Below are positions 7,801-13,300 of a stretch of 14,189 bases of DNA, in pieces. The position numbers and the translations under genes are program-made. Source of the DNA: a virus (lineage: Duplodnaviria; Heunggongvirae; Uroviricota; Caudoviricetes); the IMG/VR virus record IMGVR_UViG_3300010388_000318, positions 1-14,189 of that record. One strand, 5' to 3'. Within the stretch, counting starts at the first letter, position 1; each line of letters begins with the position of its first letter. The notes under the pieces are model-generated. The model was given only the letters and a program-made list of their open reading frames with translations, did no database searches and had not been told where the DNA came from.

Positions 7801-8201
7801 AAGTTTGCTACGTTAGCAGTGTATGCAAATTCAGCATTGGTCGCATAGACAGCACTATTAGCATTTAGTGATTCTTCTACCTTACCACCAAACGCATATA
7901 GAGCAGAGTTGGCAAAAATAGCATAATTTGCTTGATTTGAATATAGGGATGAGTTAGCAACGATAGCATAGTTTGCTTCATTGGCATAGAGAGCAGAATT
8001 GGCATTTAGTGATTCTTCTGACTTACCACCAAATGCATAGAAAGCATTATTGGCTGTACCAGAGAAGAACGAGGAATTGACCGTTGCACCACCAATTGAC
8101 ACAGTGTTACTAACAGTAATGGTGTTAGCATTCACGTCAAGGTTAGCGTTTACAAATGTATTGTTACCGACAATTAAGCCGTCTTTTACTTTAAAGGTCA
8201 T
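4821..8201 (-). CDS. Long tail-fibre-like virion structural protein (~1126 aa; probable start ATG 8201)
   Basis: MTFKVKDGL N-terminus, hierarchical 63-aa and 22-aa repeats, 182-aa module and C-terminal domain shared with 2468..4777. GGGA lies 6 nt before ATG 8199-8201; the track's TTG at 8213 has no SD. Tandem TGA TGA stop. Confidence 0.85.
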   Translation of the reverse strand: MTFKVKDGLIVGNNTFVNANLDVNANTITVSNTVSIGGATVNSSFFSGTANNAFYAFGGKSEESLNANSALYANEANYAIVANSSLYSNQANYAIFANSALYAFGGKVEESLNANSAVYATNAEFAYTANVANFLNGKAESALDANTALYANYATYAGIANAALYSYGGKAEEALNANSATYAVNAEFAYTANVANFLNGKAEQALDANTALYANYASYAGISNVALYSYGGKSEEALNANSATYAVNAEFSYTANVANFLNGVAADALNTNSALYANYATYAGIANAALYSYGGKAEEALNANSATYATNAEFAYTANVAKYLDGVAEDALNTNSAIYAVNAEFAYTANVANYLNGKAESALDANTAQYANVANFLNGKAENALDANTALYANVANFLNGKAESALDANTALYANVANFLNGKAETALDANTAQYLGGFNSAYYTNATNISTGTLAEPRLPYRMNQNVRTTDDVTFANGTFTGSVSIGGDLTLTGNLYSQNIQSLSVADPLIKLGSNNTADTLWGGFTIHYSGSGNTTNHAGLIRDPSTKEFILMSTYGDEVSVANNNTIVVTDPSFTYANLAVNSIKLGNNTSYSTLDGNTYSGTANNATYAYGKQESQLRVANAVFAQTANNALRLNGKQESQLSVANAVYAQTANNSTYAYGKQESQLSVANSVYSNSANYLDGLDSSYFTNAANITTGTLPWEVLPPSSINSTSSVTVSNTWTFQDIIINGGIKAQNSFGNTNQVLASNGTGGIYWKQDQGALYYLQTVANTDVGVIRLYNSNNVNNDVLLVGNGTSQVFSNSSYVVISTQDEFVGTVTSVEGGSGLLGGPITDIGSLYVGAGAGISVNQDDVAVNAKEGLIANSSGLWVNTSYFSILSSQTNANNALTLQNKTWESPGSIGNTTPNDGKFLDLQANTFLVKTNAVVNGYISVGNTVINSVYFPASANNAYRAYGKNENELNVNSASSTASSNNANYLDGYDWNTPAAIGETTANTGKFTYANVTSHIAFAGAAHMMGLGKITVSGMTPANIIEFSTATYTGGKLIIEVTDTHTNFRHISELLLSHDNTNVVATEYGVVQTGNTALATFDTDILSGNVRILATPISSNTTTFKVIQNLFLV
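5574..5825 (-). repeat. 84-aa module shared with 12606-12857
   Basis: DVLLVG...GAGISVN.DDVAVNAK.GL.AN.SGL.VN; ungapped, 57/84 identical by hand count. Confidence 0.9.
6327..6872 (-). repeat. 182-codon module duplicated at 3560-4105 (copy 2)
   Basis: See copy 1; offset 2767 bp. Confidence 0.95.
6894..7157 (-). repeat. Four tandem 66-bp (22-aa) repeats ANVAN(F/Y)LNGKAE(S/N/T)ALDANTA(L/Q)Y
   Basis: Directly visible in the translation; 264 nt = 4 x 66. Confidence 0.95.
7158..7889 (-). repeat. About 3.9 tandem 189-bp (63-aa) higher-order repeats
   Basis: GGK anchors start at 7889, 7700, 7511 and 7322, exact 189-bp spacing. 26 identical nt at 7606-7631 and 7795-7820. Confidence 0.95.
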
Positions 8202-8242
8202 TCCTCGTCCCAATTAATCAGAGGTTGATTTTATGTTTTTAT

Positions 8243-8250
8243 TATTTATC
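8243..8250 (-). promoter_or_regulatory. T4-type late promoter (GATAAATA)
   Basis: Plus-strand tatttatc; overlaps the TGA of 8249..9424; 42 nt upstream of ATG 8201. Confidence 0.7.
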
Positions 8251-9424
8251 AGATCATTCTTCTGAACTTATACGTGTATGTCCCTGATGTTCTATTGGAC
8301 GTTCCTGCTACTTGAAGAACCATATCGATATCGACATTTGCGCTTCTATAAATTCTCAAAAACAAAGTACCAGAAACATCTGGCGTAGCACGATGAAGAA
8401 GTATTTCATCACCTGTTTCATTGTTTGTATTGTTTGGATACCATGACATTACACCAGTGACAATCTCGTTTAGTGGAGACACCATCTGAAGCATATAAGA
8501 GCCGATTGGAAGAAGAACAGAGTTGATGCCTGTGTCTTGCCATTCTGTTGTGATCGCACGAGTGTCAGCAACAGTTAAAATCTGATCAATGTTTGTACCC
8601 TCAGTAGGGATCAAACCGCTATGTTGAACTGTTGTGAATACCGCTGTGTTTGGCGTTGTGCTACCAATAGCGCCGGGGTTTGACCATCCACCGCCACCAA
8701 CAAGGTACAGAGCACTATTGACGTTTAGTTGAGCTTCTTGCTTACCAAAAGCAAACGTAGAGTTATTCGCTGTAAGTGCGGATTGTGACGAAACAGCAAA
8801 TTGTGCACTGTTGACACTAAGAGCATTAGCAGTTACACCACCAAGTGTCAATGCATATTGAGCAACATTCGCAAACAATGCAGTGTTAGCATTGAGTGCC
8901 CCTTCAGCCTTGCCATTTAGGAAGTTTGCCACATTGGCAAATAGAGCGGCATTTGCTGTCAGGGTTGCAATGTAATTGGCATTTACAGAAAGAGTAACAG
9001 AACCATTAGCGCCGCCACCTGCAAGACCAGTGCCAGCGACAACTTCTGTGATCGTACCAACACCAGCACCTACTGAAGACCAATATGTATATGATCCGTT
9101 CGATGCCAGAAAGGTACCAGCCTCACCAAGAGTACCATTTGAACTTAATTTATTAACGAATATTGTGTTTGAAACAGTGAGATTTGTCAAACTTGTGAGA
9201 GGACGAATCTCATAAATCAGAGTGTTTGCATTGTAGATGATTGTTGCACCATCTACAAGACTTACAGCGTTTACGTTTGGAATATCAGTTAAGCTTCGTA
9301 GCTCATTGATCTGATTCTTGACTGTGATAGGGTCAGTAACAGTCAGCTTACCGTCAAGCTTTTTAACGGTAATGTCGAAATTTGATCTAGCTAATGAAAC
9401 TCTGATATCTTTTAATTCTGCCAT
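8249..9424 (-). CDS. Short fibre/virion structural protein (391 aa) with a C-terminal beta-rich putative receptor-binding domain
   Basis: Carries the LASNG..YW, ANVANFLNGKAE.AL, GKQEAQLNV and W.NPGAIGSTTPNT modules. C-terminal WQDTGI...SWY...DEILLHRA...YKFRRMI domain. TAATG overlap with the upstream 109-aa gene. Confidence 0.8.
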   Translation of the reverse strand: MAELKDIRVSLARSNFDITVKKLDGKLTVTDPITVKNQINELRSLTDIPNVNAVSLVDGATIIYNANTLIYEIRPLTSLTNLTVSNTIFVNKLSSNGTLGEAGTFLASNGSYTYWSSVGAGVGTITEVVAGTGLAGGGANGSVTLSVNANYIATLTANAALFANVANFLNGKAEGALNANTALFANVAQYALTLGGVTANALSVNSAQFAVSSQSALTANNSTFAFGKQEAQLNVNSALYLVGGGGWSNPGAIGSTTPNTAVFTTVQHSGLIPTEGTNIDQILTVADTRAITTEWQDTGINSVLLPIGSYMLQMVSPLNEIVTGVMSWYPNNTNNETGDEILLHRATPDVSGTLFLRIYRSANVDIDMVLQVAGTSNRTSGTYTYKFRRMI

Positions 9425-9753
9425 TACCTAGTTACCTGCGGTGTTACCGTTACAATCCCTTCAACAATTCTAAGCTTCGTATTTGAGCTAGAAGTCAATT
9501 CGCAATCATAAACATAACGACCGGGTGATATAAGGTTTGAAGTGTTTGCTGGCATGGATAGGGTCACTTCACCTGTCAACGCAGTGACGGTGACACCGAA
9601 TGCATATGATGTGAGTGAGGTGTAATGCTTACGCATCTGTGCTGCGCCTGTATATCCAGTGAGCACAACAGGTACGTTGTTTGCATCTTTGACGTTAACA
9701 GTAACTTCGTAGTCACTGCCTTGGTCAATTACAATGTTGCTTTTGATGGCCAT
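9424..9753 (-). CDS. Conserved small Ig-like virion protein of T4-like phages (possible baseplate/fibre adaptor)
   Basis: 109 aa. IDQGSD...LTGYTG.AQMRK.Y...G.V.LS......GRYVYD.EL....RIVEG.VTVTP.VTR is a pattern I recognise from T4-like aquatic phages; function inferred. Confidence 0.8.
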   Translation of the reverse strand: MAIKSNIVIDQGSDYEVTVNVKDANNVPVVLTGYTGAAQMRKHYTSLTSYAFGVTVTALTGEVTLSMPANTSNLISPGRYVYDCELTSSSNTKLRIVEGIVTVTPQVTR

Positions 9754-9788
9754 TCGATTACTCTTTTGTCTAAGTTAGGGTCTTTTAG

Positions 9789-9796
9789 TATTTATC
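9789..9796 (-). promoter_or_regulatory. T4-type late promoter (GATAAATA)
   Basis: Plus-strand tatttatc, intergenic, 36 nt upstream of ATG 9753. Confidence 0.7.
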
Positions 9797-9798
9797 TA

Positions 9799-9827
9799 TT
9801 GACAACCAGAGCGAATCACCTTATAAT
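9799..9827 (+). promoter_or_regulatory. Perfect sigma70 consensus promoter, antisense to the late genes on its right
   Basis: TTGACA (9799-9804), 17-nt spacer accagagcgaatcacct, TATAAT (9822-9827); 12/12 match and intergenic. Confidence 0.85.
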
Positions 9828-9847
9828 CCGTATGTCGGTATGAAATA

Positions 9848-10363
9848 TTATATAGTATATAGAGACTCTATCTCATCCATGACATTCAACAAAGCTTGAA
9901 AACAAGCTCTAGCTTCTTCAGTGATATCATCACGAGTACGATAAGTTTGAAGAACAGCTATTGCTTCCTTACGATCATCCCATTCTAGATGTAGAGTAGG
10001 AAATCCTTCTAATCTTCTTCTCATAATCTCACCACCCATCAAATGAGCACCAGTAAGAACATAAGCAGCACCAGCAATAGATTTTTCATTATCTAACGAA
10101 GCAACATAATCAGCAGCAGACTTAAAAAGTTTCACTTCAGGTTCGTTGTCCATACCCTGAAGGTCTTTGAAAATTCTCATTGTACGACCAATACACTTTG
10201 GAACGTTAGGATCAACAGCAGAATGAATTTGGTACAAAGCCATTAGCCAAGCCTTATACCAAATCCTTGGTGGTTTTCCAGTAGCCATAGCACCGCCAAC
10301 AGCATGTGCTTCACAGGCGTGATGTAGATCACGTGTCGATTCCCAAAGGGGTTTGGTTGTCAT
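9848..10363 (-). CDS. Heme oxygenase-like protein (HemO/BphO-type fold)
   Basis: 171 aa. Proximal motif TRDLHHACE (His14; compare TKEVHTQAE of HO-1), distal Gly helix GAAYVLTGAHLMGG, C-terminal EARACFQALLNVMDEI helix. SD AAGGA overlaps the upstream TAA. Confidence 0.85.
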   Translation of the reverse strand: MTTKPLWESTRDLHHACEAHAVGGAMATGKPPRIWYKAWLMALYQIHSAVDPNVPKCIGRTMRIFKDLQGMDNEPEVKLFKSAADYVASLDNEKSIAGAAYVLTGAHLMGGEIMRRRLEGFPTLHLEWDDRKEAIAVLQTYRTRDDITEEARACFQALLNVMDEIESLYTI

Positions 10364-10373
10364 TATATATCCT

Positions 10374-13300
10374 TTATTTGTTTGATTTTAATTCTTCAAC
10401 TTCAGCCTTTAGTTCCTTGATGGCTTCGATTAGTAGACCCACGATGTTACCATATGCAACAGTCTTGATACCATTTTTCTCTTGAACAACCTCAGGGAGA
10501 ACCGCTTCAATTTCTTGAGCAATGACACCAGTATAGCGGTTATCACCATCAATGTCAATTCTGTCGAATGTCACGCCACGGATTTGTGATACCTTGTCAA
10601 GAGCATTAGGAATGACTTCCACATTTTTCTTGAGTGAAGCATCAGAATAAGCAGTGATATCGCCAGAAGCAGTAACGCTGCCATATACGTACAGACCACG
10701 TGAACCAGCTTGACCAATTTCTACCTGAGCACCGATGCCAGATTTAATAGTAGGTGCGCCAGTACCAGTATCCCATATTGAGAAAATACCGCTTCCGCTA
10801 AGATCAAAACTACTTTCAGCAGCAATATTAACATTAATACCACCATTCCATGTGATATCACTTGACCATACTGTTGTGCTTGGAATTGTTGCCCAAGTCT
10901 GATCACCTCTTAGGTAAGTAGTGCTGTTAGCAGTACCAGTAGCAAGACGTGCAGTTGGAACAGTACCAGCATTCAAGTTACCAGCATTTCTGTAATATGC
11001 ACTATTCTGACTGTTAAGAAGAGCAGTATTAGCAGCATTGGCAACAGATAGCTGAGACTCTTGCTTACCGTATGCATACGTAGCATTGTTAGCTGTTTCA
11101 GCAGAACCGCCACTACCACCAGTGCCTGAAACGCTAATTGGCCATGTGTTTCCGAAATCAACGCCATCGATCATCAGACGCAATGATGCCTGTCCATTTA
11201 CACTGTTTGACCAACCGATCTTGACAACATTTGTGCCTTGACCAGTACCAGTTCCTTGCTGTACAGGAGTAAATCCTAGACGTGCAGGGATATCTGCATA
11301 GTAAGTACCATTTTGACTATTCAAAAGACCAACGTTAAGTTGTGTTTCTTGCTTGCCATATGCATAGGTTGCATTGTTAGCAGTACGAACAACCAACTGA
11401 CTTTCTTGCTTGCCATAAGCATATGACGAGTTGTTTGCAAGATCAGCATACGCAACAGAAAGCTGACTTTCCTGCTTACCATTAAAACGAAGAGCATTGT
11501 TAGCAGTTGTTGCAAATGTAGCATTAGCTGATGTTGTTGCTGATGTTGCCGAAGCTACTGCTAGTTGGCTCTCTTGCTTACCGTATGCATATGTAGAGTT
11601 ATTAGCGGAATTAATTGTTCCGATAACATTCTGTGCAGTTGTAGCAAATACAGCATTGGCAACAGATAGCTGAGACTCTTGCTTACCATATGCATATGTC
11701 GCATTGTTTGCAAGTGCAATCGATCCAAGAACACTATTAGCAACTAGAGCAAATACAGCGTTAGCAACTGATAGTTGGATTTCCTGCTTACCATTTACAT
11801 AGATTGAATTATTTACACTCAACTGGCCTTGCTGTCTACCATAAGCAAATGTAGAGTTATTAGCAAGCGCAATTGATCCAAGTACGCTGTTGGCCACAGT
11901 TGCGAATGAAGCATTAGCAGCAACAGCAACAGTTAGTTGACTTTCCTGCTTGCCATAAGCATATGTCGCATTGTTTGCTGTTGAAACTGACAACTGAGCT
12001 TCTTGCTTACCGAATGCATATGTTGAATTGTTAGCAGATGCAACAGAAAGTTGACCCTCTTGCTTACCATAAGCATATGTGCTATTGTTAGCATTAGTTA
12101 CAGTTGAAGTTACAGTAGCGAAAATCTCACCGTTTACAAATAGACCAGTTGTGTTAGCAACCATGATGTTGTTTGTGTTGGCATACCACTTGTGTGATGA
12201 AGAGGTATTATTTGCACTATACCAAATAGCACCCGGTTCGATACCGATACCAAAACCAACATCAGCAGGACCAAACTTCTGCCATAGTGCAAGCTTAGTA
12301 CCAGCACCCCATGAAGCAGTAGCAGAAGGAGCCGCAAGACCAGCATCATTCCATTCGATATAGCTAGATACGGTATTGCCCATATAGATTGAACGATTAT
12401 ACTGATGAGTACCAGACCATGTGTAATCAGCAGTTGTATTGCCTAGAGCAACACTTGACCAGTATTCAGCAGACTTACCGCCAAGGAAGTTAGCGTTATT
12501 TGCATTAAGCGCACTATTAGCATTCAACTGTGATTCAGTTTTGCCGTTTAGGTAGATTGCATTGTTAACAACGGCAATCTGACTTAGTGCTCTAATGAAA
12601 TCATTATTGACATATAGACCAGAAGCATTAGCAGTCAAGCCATCTTTAGCATTGACAGCAACGTCATCAACGTTTACAGAGATACCAGCACCAGAACCAA
12701 CAGCAAGTGTACCGCTACCAGTGATTGGAGCACCAACTAGACCGTTTCCGCTTGTGATACTTGTTACAGTACCCTTGAACTGATCAACTGTCGAGATAAC
12801 AATGTGTGTGCTATTTGATGATACGATTGTTGTACCGCCACCAACAAAGAGAACATCGTCATTCGCCAATGATGAGCTTACAAGACGTAGAATACCTGCG
12901 TTCTGTACTGTGTTTGAAACACCAATCAAATCATATTGTGTGTTAGTATCGCCTGTCCAGTAGACAGATGAACCATTTGATGTTAGAACCTGATTGACAC
13001 CACCGAACGAACCGTTTGCAAAGATAGCAGTGATGACAGCATTAGCAATGAGTGCCTTTGCAGTATTCGCAATGCTAACAGTCAATGTACCAGTTGTTGG
13101 AATGAATGAAAGCTTACCATCAGAAACAGCAGCCTCTGACCATGAACCAGTTGCACTGTTTGACATTGGGAAGTACCAAGTCGAAGTGCTGTTGTTGTTC
13201 TGTATTAGTGGAATAGCCACGCCGGGTGGGTTTGAAGTCCAGTACAATCCATTGCCATTTGATGCAAGAATTTGACCAGATGTACCAACAGAACCGTTAG

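Noticed and set aside
9828-9838. Hairpin ccg-tatgt-cgg as a terminator after the heme oxygenase
   Set aside because: A 3-bp stem with no U-tract is too weak.
240-10376. Stop-codon reassignment (no gene ends in TAG)
   Set aside because: All genes are intact under code 11 with no in-frame TAG. Ten TAA/TGA stops are unremarkable in an AT-rich phage.
4247-12093. CRISPR array or invertible fibre cassette
   Set aside because: The repeats are in-frame, degenerate and lack unique spacers. I saw no inverted crossover sites, no oppositely oriented fibre ends and no recombinase.
11041-12093. Ice-nucleation-protein-like repeats (YG...ES.L resemblance)
   Set aside because: INP repeats are strict 16-mers with AGYGST and TxT ice-binding motifs. 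These units vary in length and lack that pattern.
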